The notes: generated by a model not told the origin, from the letters alone. Counted from the first letter of the stretch, positions 15,745-24,370 are shown. The stretch is 32,000 nucleotides of DNA from Bacillus subtilis subsp. subtilis str. 168 (GCF_000009045.1 NC_000964.3:1260001-1292000); one strand, 5' to 3'. Numbers and translations: made by a program.

Positions 15745-15877
15745 TTTCTGTATATGGTAAAGAATGAAAAAACACGATTCGGTTGGTAGTCCGGATGCAT
15801 GATTGAGAATGTCAGTAACCTTCCCCTCCTCGGGATGTCCATCATTCTTTAATATCTTTTATGAGGAGGGAATCGTT
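15745..15877 (+). promoter_or_regulatory. yjdF-motif riboswitch (azaaromatic-responsive) in the manA-yjdF spacer; 5' boundary approximate
   Basis: This is the type locus of the yjdF RNA motif. There is a structured spacer with no terminator after manA. CCCTCCTC (15824-15831) is perfectly complementary to the yjdF SD GAGGAGGG (15863-15870). Confidence 0.65.
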
Positions 15878-16291
15878 ATGAAATTAACGATTTACTACGA
15901 TGGTCAGTTTTGGGTAGGCGTTGTTGAAGTTGTGGACAATGGAAAGCTAAGAGCCTTTCGTCATCTTTTTGGCAAAGAGCCGAGGGATTCTGAAGTATTA
16001 GAGTTTGTTCATAACCAACTTTTGAATATGATGGCCCAAGCTGAGCAGGAAGGAGTGCGTTTACAAGGCAGGCGTCAAAAAAAGATCAATCCAAAAAGAT
16101 TGCAGCGCCAGGTTTCAAAAGAGTTGAAAAACGCCGGAGTAACTTCTAAAGCTCAAGAGGCGATAAAGCTAGAGCTTGAAGCAAGAAAGCAAAAGAAAAA
16201 ACAAATAATGAAAGAACAACGAGAACATGTAAAAGAGCAAAGGTATATGCTCAAAAAGCAAAAAGCGAAAAAGAAGCACAGAGGTAAATAA
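15878..16291 (+). CDS. yjdF: DUF2992-type protein with a very basic K-rich C-terminal tail
   Basis: ATG 15878 lies 7 nt after GAGGAGGG. MKLTIYYDGQFWVGVVEVV... The listed start at 15803 would run through the riboswitch. Confidence 0.8.
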   Translation: MKLTIYYDGQFWVGVVEVVDNGKLRAFRHLFGKEPRDSEVLEFVHNQLLNMMAQAEQEGVRLQGRRQKKINPKRLQRQVSKELKNAGVTSKAQEAIKLELEARKQKKKQIMKEQREHVKEQRYMLKKQKAKKKHRGK

Positions 16292-16296
16292 TCCAA

Positions 16297-16325
16297 ACAA
16301 AAGCAGGCGCAGTGCCTGCTTTTGT
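16297..16325. terminator. Bidirectional terminator between yjdF and yjdG
   Basis: caaaagcaggc-gcagt-gcctgcttttg. Confidence 0.85.
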
Positions 16326-16336
16326 AATTAAGGACT

Positions 16337-16843
16337 CTACTTTGTAACATATATCCAATGTTTATACTCCGCTGATTTATGATTCAATATAAACCCTAAC
16401 TTCTCCAAGGTTTTTTGTGAGCCTAGATTATCATGTTCGCATCTTGCGGTGATCCGGGATACTGTTTCTCGGCTTAATGCCCAGTTTATTAGTTTTTGGG
16501 CGGCTTCCACACAATAACCTTTGCGGCGATGACTTTTATTTGTTGCAAAACCGATTTCAATCATGCCATTTTCGTCTGGGTCACCTAAAAATCCAGTTCC
16601 CCCAACAATTTCATAATTGTCCTTCTTTACAATAATCCATGAATCAAATCCTTTTGTTCCATTGTTTTTGACTAAAATCTCGCGGAAATAAGGTATCGCT
16701 TCAAAAAAATCAGAATTTGGCCATTCACCATTTGTTTCATAGCCTAATTCTTTGATAGCCTGATGATCTTGTTTAGACGCGGCGTCAAGAAGGGGAATAT
16801 CAATCGTTTGTAATCGTAATCGATTCGTTTCAAGGAGAACCAT
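16337..16843 (-). CDS. yjdG: GNAT family N-acetyltransferase
   Basis: 168 aa with a GNAT core (IVGGTGF...IEIGFATNKSHRRKGYCVEAAQKLINWA...ARCEHDNLGSQKTLEKLGF). Confidence 0.85.
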   Translation of the reverse strand: MVLLETNRLRLQTIDIPLLDAASKQDHQAIKELGYETNGEWPNSDFFEAIPYFREILVKNNGTKGFDSWIIVKKDNYEIVGGTGFLGDPDENGMIEIGFATNKSHRRKGYCVEAAQKLINWALSRETVSRITARCEHDNLGSQKTLEKLGFILNHKSAEYKHWIYVTK

Positions 16844-16975
16844 ATATTTAATCCTCTTTTCTTTTTACTGGGAATAATGATAACATATAACAATTTTCTC
16901 TGGTACCTTGGCAGTAGAGAAAGATGAAAAAATTGAGGGGGATTGAAAGAGTGACAGGTGAGAGTTTGCCCAGAC

Positions 16976-17025
16976 CAAAAACGGGTAGGAAAATGCTGAT
17001 GTTAATGTGTCCCTACCCGTTTTTC
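16976..17025 (-). terminator. Intrinsic terminator of yjdH
   Basis: acgggtagg / cctacccgt stem with a 22-nt loop, flanked by an A-run and a T-run. Confidence 0.65.
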
Positions 17026-17061
17026 TGTTCCTGAATGCAGGGTTTCTGATAACATGTTGTG

Positions 17062-17481
17062 CTACCTTTTCGCAATCAAATAAAGCGATATGGCTCTTTG
17101 GGTTTGCACAGGATTATGAATGATAATGACCCATTGGTTTCTTCGTCTTGGAAAGCTTGCTACCGCATACAATGGAGCAGTATCGCGCGGAGTGAACCCA
17201 CCATTTATCACGTTGATATCTCTTCCTTCAAGATGACAAACTAAGTATTCACCTGGATTGATGACCTGTTGGTTCGTCCATGCGTAAGAATAAAAGCCGT
17301 CTCCAAGATCTTCGGTGGAAGATGGGGGGACAAAGCCATCTACAGTCAATGTGATTTCTCTTCTTCGCTGTCTTTCTGAAAAGTCTGGACTTCTTTGAGG
17401 GTTATGAGTATGTGAAAAGTAAGGAATTAACGCAGGGCCATAAAAGTAATGATACAAAGCAACCACTCCTTTATTTTCCAT
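17062..17481 (-). CDS. yjdH: Hypothetical protein (139 aa)
   Basis: Long ORF with no competing frame. There is no convincing SD; a 15-bp palindrome abuts the start codon. The symbol comes from the 168 gene order. Confidence 0.6.
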
Positions 17482-17685
17482 TCATACAAATTGTATGTGG
17501 GAGTTATTTGTTCATTCCTGTTTTGTTCCATGTAGACTAATAATGGGCTATAGGCGTCCAAGGAAATCAATTTGTCCTTCCGTTGATTCAATGCTAGTAA
17601 CCTTGAAAATGCAGGTTAGGATGATAGAATTTACATATTACTGCAAGAAGTTAGACATACATCATTTTGATAGTGGGTGAAAACA

Positions 17686-18165
17686 ATGGCGAAAAAAATG
17701 GCAAAAACAAATGCGGTTCGTCTGATAGAACAGCAGAACATCTCTTATGAGGTATTAGGGTATAAAACAGACGGCCAGCCGGTAGATGGCATCTCTGTTG
17801 CGGAAAAAATCGGTTATTCTTTGAAATATGTATATAAAACGTTGGTTGCAGCAGCAGGAACAAATCATTATTATGTCTTTGTTGTACCCGTTGCAGAAGA
17901 GTTAGATGTAAAAAAGGCAGCAAAGGTGACAGGGGAAAAGAAAATAGAAATGATTGCAATGAAGGAGCTGTTAGCGGTAACTGGCTATCTTCGCGGCGGC
18001 TGCTCGCCAATTGGCATGAAAAAATTGTTCCCGACCTATATTGATGCATCTGCAGAAACGCTTGATTTTATTATTGTCAGTGCAGGGAAAATCGGTATGC
18101 AGCTAAAGTTGGCGCCACAAGATTTAGCCAGATCATGTGATGCCGCATTTGCAGAAATTGTATAG
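17686..18165 (+). CDS. yjdI: YbaK/EbsC-type aminoacyl-tRNA deacylase domain protein
   Basis: YbaK-like pattern ([11 protein letters not shown]..., [15 protein letters not shown]). I prefer the ATG at 17686 to the GTG at 17677. Confidence 0.8.
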
Positions 18166-18183
18166 ATGCAGATATAGGGGAAC

Positions 18184-18216
18184 GAAAAAGCTTAGTCATA
18201 TCGATTAAGCTTTTTC
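18184..18216. terminator. Bidirectional terminator between yjdI and yjdJ
   Basis: gaaaaagctta / taagctttttc 11-bp stem that overlaps the yjdJ stop codon. Confidence 0.75.
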
Positions 18217-18399
18217 CGCATCCCTTTCAAATATGATTTCAAAATAAGCAGCTGCCCCATACCCATCTATACTGGGAGCGAAAATCTGAACGAATCTCCA
18301 GCCTCTTTTCGCATAATCATGGATGATTTGCTGGTAGTCTTCTTTAGGCCTTCTTCTCATCGTACTCAGCTCAACTCTTACGAATTCATATTCTTTCAT
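18205..18399 (-). CDS. yjdJ: Small DUF4177-like protein (64 aa)
   Basis: AGGAGGGA SD upstream of the ATG. Compact soluble ORF. Confidence 0.7.
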
Positions 18400-18564
18400 C
18401 GTTTGATCCCTCCTATTAAGGTATACGTAAAATGGAGCGAGAAGTTCCGAAAACCTAGGTTAAGGTCGGAAAGTATATTTCACTCACTAAACAAATCCAT
18501 TTATGCCTGATGCCTGCATGCATCTGGGAAGAGTTAAGGGGCTATAAAAACGAATTTTACCGGG

Positions 18565-18894
18565 TCAGCAGTCCAAATGAATCTCTTGCTTATTGCATTT
18601 GACTGAGTATATAAGTAAAAAAAGAGCGGCCAGAACATATAAGAAGGAGATGATCATTAACGCACTCATAACAGGGTAGTGTTTAGCGGAGTAGATGAAA
18701 AAATCAAGCTGTGAAATTTGTTTGGGGCTGCTGACGGCATCAATTCCATTAAGCAGTTTTGAGAGTTTAGCAGTATAGTTCCAATCAAATCGATCTGAAA
18801 CAAGCTCGCTTCCTTGATACCAATTAACAGCAGCTAAAAACAGAAATACCATAATAGAAAATCCAAGCTGAACAACTAAAAATATTCCCTTCAC
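18565..18894 (-). CDS. Small membrane protein (109 aa, 2-3 TM)
   Basis: GTG start 9 nt after GGAGGT. Hydrophobic N- and C-terminal segments. Confidence 0.6.
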   Translation of the reverse strand: MKGIFLVVQLGFSIMVFLFLAAVNWYQGSELVSDRFDWNYTAKLSKLLNGIDAVSSPKQISQLDFFIYSAKHYPVMSALMIISFLYVLAALFLLIYSVKCNKQEIHLDC

Positions 18895-19300
18895 TTTTGT
18901 ATGACCTCCAAATCTATGAATATGGGAAAATCAAACAATATATTACCACCGTATGGGTTATTCTTGCAATTTCACTTCCATACAACTCAAACGCAAGTCT
19001 ATTTTTTTGTTTGTTTTTGGCTTATAATACCTGATGATGGAAAAAGAGTGCGGGTTTATAGATTAGAGAAACAAATGTATTTCTTAGCATTTTTTATTTG
19101 TGGAGAGAGTATAGAAGCATTCGATTAGATCTGCTTTTTCACAGAAACGGTTTTCATCTGTTTGCCTGAGCTTTACAATTGGCTGGCAAAAAAACAATGA
19201 TTTCTTTCAATCAAAACATGCAACGATGCGACACATTTTATATCTTGATGACTTATTTCATTGCCTTTAAGTCATCCTATCGAGAAAGCGATGGTATTTT

Positions 19301-19495
19301 ATGAACAAAGAAACCCTAAAAAACATACTCATGATTTTTTCAATATGCGCAACACTCCGAGAAACCGATGGTATGCGCATAGCTGATAGCTGGATTTTGA
19401 GTGAGATTATACGATTTTTGATTTGCATGGTTGTGTTTTTTGCCATGACATTTCTATTAGATGCTGTTTTTCCAAACAAAAAAGAGTCACATTAA
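19301..19495 (+). CDS. Small membrane protein (64 aa)
   Basis: Two hydrophobic segments. The ORF ends just before a good bidirectional terminator. The SD is weak. Confidence 0.45.
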   Translation: MNKETLKNILMIFSICATLRETDGMRIADSWILSEIIRFLICMVVFFAMTFLLDAVFPNKKESH

Positions 19496-19511
19496 TGTGT
19501 GGCTCTTTTTG
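19478..19511. terminator. Bidirectional terminator (small ORF / ctaO)
   Basis: aaagagtcaca-ttaatg-tgtggctcttt with one G-U pair, flanked by an A-run and a T-run. Confidence 0.75.
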
Positions 19512-19513
19512 CA

Positions 19514-20476
19514 TCATCTGATCAGAAACATCATAAATGAATCGATCATCATGATGAAGAACAGCAAGCAAAAATAAATAAGCGAGTAGACAAACATATC
19601 CTTTGCCCACTTCACGTCATCGTCTGTTTTGAATCCTTTGATGCTTTTTTTGATCCATATGCCTCCGAGAACCAAGGCGGCTAAGAAATAAAATGGGCTT
19701 ATATGGCCGGTGCCGAGAGAGAAAGGAAATAATAGCGTGACCGGCACCAGGACGGCAATATATTGCATCATTTTTATTTTTGTTACATGATTGCCTTTGA
19801 CTACTGGCAAGAGCGGAACGCCAGCAGCGCGATATTCCTCTTTGCGTCTTATCCCAATCGCCCAAAAATGCGGCGGCTGCCACAGAAACATAATCGTGTA
19901 CAACAGCACTGCTGTCATACTGAAGTCACCGGTTACGGCACAATACCCCATCAATGGCGGCGCAGCTCCTGGGAAGCTCCCGACAAATGTGCTCCACACA
20001 GACGTTCGTTTCACCCATACCGTATAGATGATCGCATAAAAAATAAAGGCGGCCAGTCCGAGAAAGGCCGTTAATGGATTGAGGGAATAAAGCATGGCAA
20101 GACCTGCGATTCCTAAAACAGAGCCATATGTTAAGATCATGGCTGGCGGCATTTTCCCTGTGACCGAGGCCCTGCTGCGAGTTCGTGCCATTTTTGCGTC
20201 CATATGCCGATCAAAATAGTTGTTATAGACAGTGCCGGAAGCCATCACAAACGCGGTTCCCAACATTGCTGTTACCATTGTCATCAAAAAAGCCAAGCCG
20301 GTTAACGTTTTTTCTGCGCTTGCAAACGCGATCCAAAACCCGCCGAAGGCTGCTATCGAGTTTGATATGATAATGCCCGGCTTTGCAAGTTTGATAAAAT
20401 CGTAAATGGTTACCCGGTTCGAAGCTTTTATGTATTTTGTTTCAGATATGGCTGCAGAATCTCTTGTATTCTCCAA
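19514..20476 (-). CDS. ctaO: Protoheme IX farnesyltransferase (heme O synthase), minor paralog
   Basis: UbiA-family motif (NYFDRHMDAKMARTRSR) in a polytopic protein. TTG start at 20476, 10 nt after GGGGGAGG, gives 320 aa. The listed 341-aa ORF is over-extended. Confidence 0.88.
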   Translation of the reverse strand: MENTRDSAAISETKYIKASNRVTIYDFIKLAKPGIIISNSIAAFGGFWIAFASAEKTLTGLAFLMTMVTAMLGTAFVMASGTVYNNYFDRHMDAKMARTRSRASVTGKMPPAMILTYGSVLGIAGLAMLYSLNPLTAFLGLAAFIFYAIIYTVWVKRTSVWSTFVGSFPGAAPPLMGYCAVTGDFSMTAVLLYTIMFLWQPPHFWAIGIRRKEEYRAAGVPLLPVVKGNHVTKIKMMQYIAVLVPVTLLFPFSLGTGHISPFYFLAALVLGGIWIKKSIKGFKTDDDVKWAKDMFVYSLIYFCLLFFIMMIDSFMMFLIR

Positions 20477-20581
20477 AAATAGACGCCTCCCCCAAAACTG
20501 CATGCTTTTGTTATCGTAACAAGAGGGGGACAGAATCACAATTATTTCCCATATTTGTCATGATATTGTCATTTTTAAAAC

Positions 20582-20613
20582 AAAAAAATGGGGAGCTGGA
20601 CTGCCCCCATTTT
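20582..20613 (-). terminator. Intrinsic terminator of cotT
   Basis: aaaatgggg ... ccccatttt hairpin. On the minus strand it is followed by a T-run. Confidence 0.7.
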
Positions 20614-20625
20614 GATATGTGGCGA

Positions 20626-20874
20626 CTAGTAACCGTAACCTCCCCCATATCCTCCGCCATAACCTCCGCCGTAACCGTACCAAGGGTAGTAAGGCGGTCG
20701 CGGGCGCGGGTAGTAATAAGGCGGGCGCGGATAAAACGGGTAGAACGGATAATACGGTCTTGGATAATAATAAGGCGGATAAAATGGCGGTCTCGGACGC
20801 GGATAATAATAAGGCTGTCTTTCATCATAAGGGGTAATTTGTTCAAATGACTGTTCATTCAAAGGGTAATCCAA
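20626..20874 (-). CDS. cotT: Spore coat protein T (Pro/Tyr/Gly-rich)
   Basis: TTG start at 20874, 8 nt after GGGAGG, gives 82 aa: (M)DYPLNEQSFEQITPYDERQPYYYPRPRPPFYPPYYYPRPYYPF...GYGGGYGGGYGGGYGY. Confidence 0.88.
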   Translation of the reverse strand: MDYPLNEQSFEQITPYDERQPYYYPRPRPPFYPPYYYPRPYYPFYPFYPRPPYYYPRPRPPYYPWYGYGGGYGGGYGGGYGY

Positions 20875-20989
20875 GAGGAAAACCTCCCTAGCTTTTTTTA
20901 TTCCTTTTACCATATTCCTGATGCTTAAGTTGGGTGTATGTACATTCATGAAATTCGGTTTTTTTTATGATGAAATTCCTTAAAAAGGA

Positions 20990-21052
20990 TTGACATGAAC
21001 TTCTAAATCTCATAGTATTACAAATGTGAAATAAATGTTACTACAATGTTAC
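20990..21052 (+). promoter_or_regulatory. pdaC promoter with WalR-type direct repeats just downstream
   Basis: TTGACA (20990-20995), 17-nt spacer, TAGTAT (21013-21018). Then TGTGAA-ataaa-TGTTAC-tacaa-TGTTAC (21025-21052), which matches TGTWAH-N5-TGTWAH. Confidence 0.7.
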
Positions 21053-21127
21053 AAAAACATTTCTAAATAGATACAGTTCCAACTGATGAAGAGTAAATCG
21101 AAATGGCTACGAAAGAAGGAGTTTTTG

Positions 21128-22531
21128 TTGTTGGCAAAAAGAATCAAATGGTTTCATGTATTAATAGCAGTTGTATGTGTGGTGGGCCTTATCGGCTTTT
21201 TCCATAATCATTCATTGAAAAAAGAAACGGTCATGAATAAAGTAAGAACTGATTCTCAATATGGGAATGTTGAGATCGCAACGCTTGTGAATGACGGGAA
21301 AACTTTTAATTACGCGGTAAACTATCCTGTTTTCAAAAATGAAAAAATGGATTCGGCATTAAAAAGATTCGCAGAAAAAGAGGTTCGTCAATTTCAAAAG
21401 GAAACAAAGGACGTTGACCAAGAGCATACGACAAAACGCAACGAATTAAATGTTGATTATAAAATTGTCCATTATGCCAAACAGACAGTGGCGATTGTAT
21501 TTAATGAATATAAATACATCGGCGGGGCACACGGGCAAACCGTGAAAAAAACGTTTAACTATGATTTTAGTAAACAAGCGTTTCTTTCCATTGATGATAT
21601 TTTCAAAGAGGACGCTGACTACTTACATAAGCTTTCGTTAATCGCTTATCACGAGCTGAAAAAGAATAAGGACATTGCCGCGGACGATGCACTGTTAAAG
21701 GAAGGGACGGCTCCGAAAAAAGAAAATTTCAGCCGCTTTGCCATCAAGGAGGATTATATCGAACTTTACTTTGACACATATCAGGTTGCAGCAGGCTATC
21801 TTGGAGAGCAATCGATTGCCATTAAGAAAAGTCTTTTGAAAGACATTCTGAAAGAACAATATATTGATAAAGCAAAAAATAAAAATAAAATCAAAGAACA
21901 AAAGCCGAAGCATGAAGTGATTTCTTTACCCAAAGAGGAAACAGTTGATCCAAATCAAAAAGTCATTGCGCTTACTTTCGACGACGGCCCGAATCCTGCG
22001 ACAACAAATCAGATTCTAGACTCCTTGAAGAAATATAAGGGTCATGCCACGTTTTTTGTTTTGGGGAGCAGAGTTCAATATTATCCGGAAACGCTAATAA
22101 GAATGCTGAAAGAAGGAAATGAGGTTGGGAACCATTCATGGAGCCATCCGCTTCTCACAAGGCTTTCAGTGAAAGAAGCGTTAAAGCAGATCAATGATAC
22201 GCAAGACATCATTGAAAAAATAAGCGGATATCGTCCGACGCTTGTAAGACCCCCATACGGCGGCATTAATGATGAACTGCGGAGTCAAATGAAAATGGAT
22301 GTTGCGTTATGGGATGTTGACCCGGAAGATTGGAAAGACCGTAACAAAAAAACAATTGTTGACCGTGTCATGAATCAGGCGGGAGATGGAAGAACCATTT
22401 TGATTCACGATATTTACCGCACCTCTGCTGATGCGGCCGATGAAATTATAAAAAAGCTCACCGATCAAGGCTATCAATTGGTGACAGTTTCTCAGCTTGA
22501 AGAGGTTAAAAAACAAAGAGAAGCGAAATAA
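21128..22531 (+). CDS. pdaC: Peptidoglycan deacetylase PdaC (membrane-anchored; DUF3298/DUF4163-like N-terminal part plus NodB domain)
   Basis: TTG start at 21128, 7 nt after AAGGAG, gives 467 aa. NodB motifs ALTFDDGP and HSWSHP. Confidence 0.9.
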   Translation: MLAKRIKWFHVLIAVVCVVGLIGFFHNHSLKKETVMNKVRTDSQYGNVEIATLVNDGKTFNYAVNYPVFKNEKMDSALKRFAEKEVRQFQKETKDVDQEHTTKRNELNVDYKIVHYAKQTVAIVFNEYKYIGGAHGQTVKKTFNYDFSKQAFLSIDDIFKEDADYLHKLSLIAYHELKKNKDIAADDALLKEGTAPKKENFSRFAIKEDYIELYFDTYQVAAGYLGEQSIAIKKSLLKDILKEQYIDKAKNKNKIKEQKPKHEVISLPKEETVDPNQKVIALTFDDGPNPATTNQILDSLKKYKGHATFFVLGSRVQYYPETLIRMLKEGNEVGNHSWSHPLLTRLSVKEALKQINDTQDIIEKISGYRPTLVRPPYGGINDELRSQMKMDVALWDVDPEDWKDRNKKTIVDRVMNQAGDGRTILIHDIYRTSADAADEIIKKLTDQGYQLVTVSQLEEVKKQREAK

Positions 22532-22536
22532 ATTAG

Positions 22537-22566
22537 AAAAGGCTGTCCGTACGGACAGCCTTTTTT
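22537..22566. terminator. Bidirectional terminator between pdaC and yjfA
   Basis: Perfect palindrome ggctgtccgtacggacagcc flanked by an A-run and a T-run. Confidence 0.9.
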
Positions 22567-22570
22567 CTAT

Positions 22571-23044
22571 TTAATAAGAGCCTGTGGTGGCCCAAACATT
22601 TAAGTTTGGTCCTGAATACTTGCCGAAAGCGTAAGAAGTCCTTGGATCTAAATCATATACCATCGGTGTATAGCAAGACTTTTGGCCGGCCACCGCTTTT
22701 CCATTGCCGCCTGCAGAATCACAATTATATCTTTTTCCGTCTGTGTTCCGGGTAATCTCCGCATTTGCTTCATAGCCAGACGTCAATGTATTATTCATCG
22801 TGATTTTTGCCCAAGCCGTTTTACATGTACTGCTGAATTTAAGCTCGACTACTCCGATGACTTGATTGCTGGCATTCACTAAGTTTGAGGATTTTTTTGT
22901 AGAGCCGCTGGACGCACAATCATTGTAATAAGGGCTTTTTCCATCGTAGGCATGGGTTTCCGCCTTGGCGGGTGCACCTTTGACGGCAAAAACAAATACT
23001 ACTGCGAATAACACCAATGAAGCCTTCATAAACAGTCTTTTCAA
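22571..23044 (-). CDS. yjfA: Secreted protein (DUF2690-like)
   Basis: TTG start 7 nt after AAGGAGG. Signal peptide ending in APAKA. Four or more Cys in the mature part. Confidence 0.8.
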   Translation of the reverse strand: MKRLFMKASLVLFAVVFVFAVKGAPAKAETHAYDGKSPYYNDCASSGSTKKSSNLVNASNQVIGVVELKFSSTCKTAWAKITMNNTLTSGYEANAEITRNTDGKRYNCDSAGGNGKAVAGQKSCYTPMVYDLDPRTSYAFGKYSGPNLNVWATTGSY

Positions 23045-23168
23045 TTTATGACCTCCTTAATATGGCAAACAATAAATCATATGGAGGAACAATCAAAACA
23101 TGCATGCTTTTTTGTGAACAATAAAGGCGGCCGGGAGGATGGAGTTCTTGGCCGCCTCTGGTATGAGG

Positions 23169-23336
23169 TTATGCTTTTACATCAATGGTTTGTCCGAGAG
23201 TTGGATGTTGAATCATCTTTAAGGTTTGATCGGCATTTTGCTGGGCGGTGTCCAGCCTTTTTTTCGTTAAAGCAATATTTACATTCTGGGCAAGGGATGC
23301 TTGATGCATCGCAACCGATAAAGCAGGAATATCCAT
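23169..23336 (-). CDS. yjfB: Small YjfB-family 'putative motility' protein (55 aa), missed by the ORF track
   Basis: GGAGGTGG SD 4 nt upstream of the ATG at 23336. MDIPALSVAMHQASLAQNVNIALTKKRLDTAQQNADQTLKMIQHPTLGQTIDVKA*. The span is 168 nt, which is 56 codons. Confidence 0.8.
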   Translation of the reverse strand: MDIPALSVAMHQASLAQNVNIALTKKRLDTAQQNADQTLKMIQHPTLGQTIDVKA

Positions 23337-23358
23337 GGTTCCACCTCCTATGCCTTAC

Positions 23359-23383
23359 CTATCGGCGGGTTTGTATGATTTTA
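23359..23383 (-). promoter_or_regulatory. Sigma-D-like promoter of yjfB
   Basis: The minus strand reads TAAA (23383-23380), a 13-nt spacer, then GCCGATAG (23366-23359). The -10 box matches GCCGATAT at 7 of 8 positions. Confidence 0.5.
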
Positions 23384-23462
23384 CAGTGAAAAATGGCTTA
23401 ATTTCTCTTGTTGACCCTTACGCTGCGGCATATCGTATGTTTTTGACAAGGAGGGAATCAGG

Positions 23463-24362
23463 ATGAATCTAGTAATGGAAAAGACCTTTGAGCAATACGA
23501 AAAGCTGTTTTCAATGGAAGAACAGAAAAGAGAAGATGTATTTCGGTATACGATGATGAGGCCGTTTGAAAAGATGTGGACCGCCATCCAAGTTCCGCTG
23601 AAAGCGAAGGAGCCAAACGGCTATGATGTGATCATGGCTGCGAAAATGCTGGGCTATTTGGATGTCCGTGATGCTGAAAGCGGCCAGAAAGCACTACAAA
23701 TACTGAAAGAATCACATGTTTCAGAGACAGCTGAATCTGCACTTCGGCAATGCATATTTTTTGCTGAGCGCGAACAGCTGCGGGTGAATGCAAAGGAGAT
23801 CAAATTCGGCCTTTATATCGCTGATCCAAATAAGCTTCAGCTGCAAAAAGGCTACTGCGGGTTTGGCGGGATACCGGGCTTTATTCATGTATGGATTAAT
23901 CCGAACAGTTATAACCTGCCAAGGATTCCTTCCATTATTGCTCATGAGTTTCATCATAATGTGCGGTTTTCGTATATAGATTTTCATCATGGCTCTGTAA
24001 GTGTCGGGGATTATCTTGTGATTGAAGGATTGGCGGAATCATTCGCCAGAGAGCTGTTTGGTACGGAACGATTGGGCCCTTGGGTAACTCGTTTTGATCA
24101 TGAAGACTTGCAATATTCCATTGATGTGATTAATGAGGTGCTGGATGTGAAAGGATTTTCGGAAGTCAGCCGTTATATGTTTGGTGATCCAATTGCTAAC
24201 GACCAAGGCTTTAAGCCTGCAGGTTTATCGGCTTTTGCGGGTTATGCAGTTGGCTATCATGCCGTTCAGTCATTTATGAATCAACATCATATCACGATAA
24301 GCGAGGCCACACGTTTGGATGCGAAGACCATTATTTCTCAATGCGGTCTGTTTTCTACATGA
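23463..24362 (+). CDS. yjfC: DUF2268-type predicted zinc metalloprotease
   Basis: AAGGAGGG SD. HExxH motif (IIAHEFHHNV). Confidence 0.8.
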   Translation: MNLVMEKTFEQYEKLFSMEEQKREDVFRYTMMRPFEKMWTAIQVPLKAKEPNGYDVIMAAKMLGYLDVRDAESGQKALQILKESHVSETAESALRQCIFFAEREQLRVNAKEIKFGLYIADPNKLQLQKGYCGFGGIPGFIHVWINPNSYNLPRIPSIIAHEFHHNVRFSYIDFHHGSVSVGDYLVIEGLAESFARELFGTERLGPWVTRFDHEDLQYSIDVINEVLDVKGFSEVSRYMFGDPIANDQGFKPAGLSAFAGYAVGYHAVQSFMNQHHITISEATRLDAKTIISQCGLFST

Positions 24363-24370
24363 AAAAAGCG

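Noticed and set aside
15579-15877. ORFs over the manA-yjdF spacer (15579..15845 minus strand, and the 15803 start of yjdF)
   Set aside because: They overlap the structured riboswitch region. The yjdF SD and ATG are at 15863-15880.
16923-17033. 36-codon plus-strand ORF (MKKLRGIERV...)
   Set aside because: It has a weak SD and reads through the yjdH terminator hairpin, so it is probably there by chance.
17651-18049. 132-aa minus-strand ORF
   Set aside because: It is fully antisense to yjdI, which has clear YbaK-family motifs. Its translation is low-complexity with no SD.
20437-20858. Three overlapping ORFs (137, 115 and 72 aa) around cotT
   Set aside because: They are products of the stop-codon-poor P/Y/G repeat composition. 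They have R/I/N-rich nonsense translations and no SDs.
23048-23389. 113-aa plus-strand ORF
   Set aside because: It has no SD and lies antisense to the well-supported yjfB gene (strong SD, recognisable family, sigma-D-like promoter).
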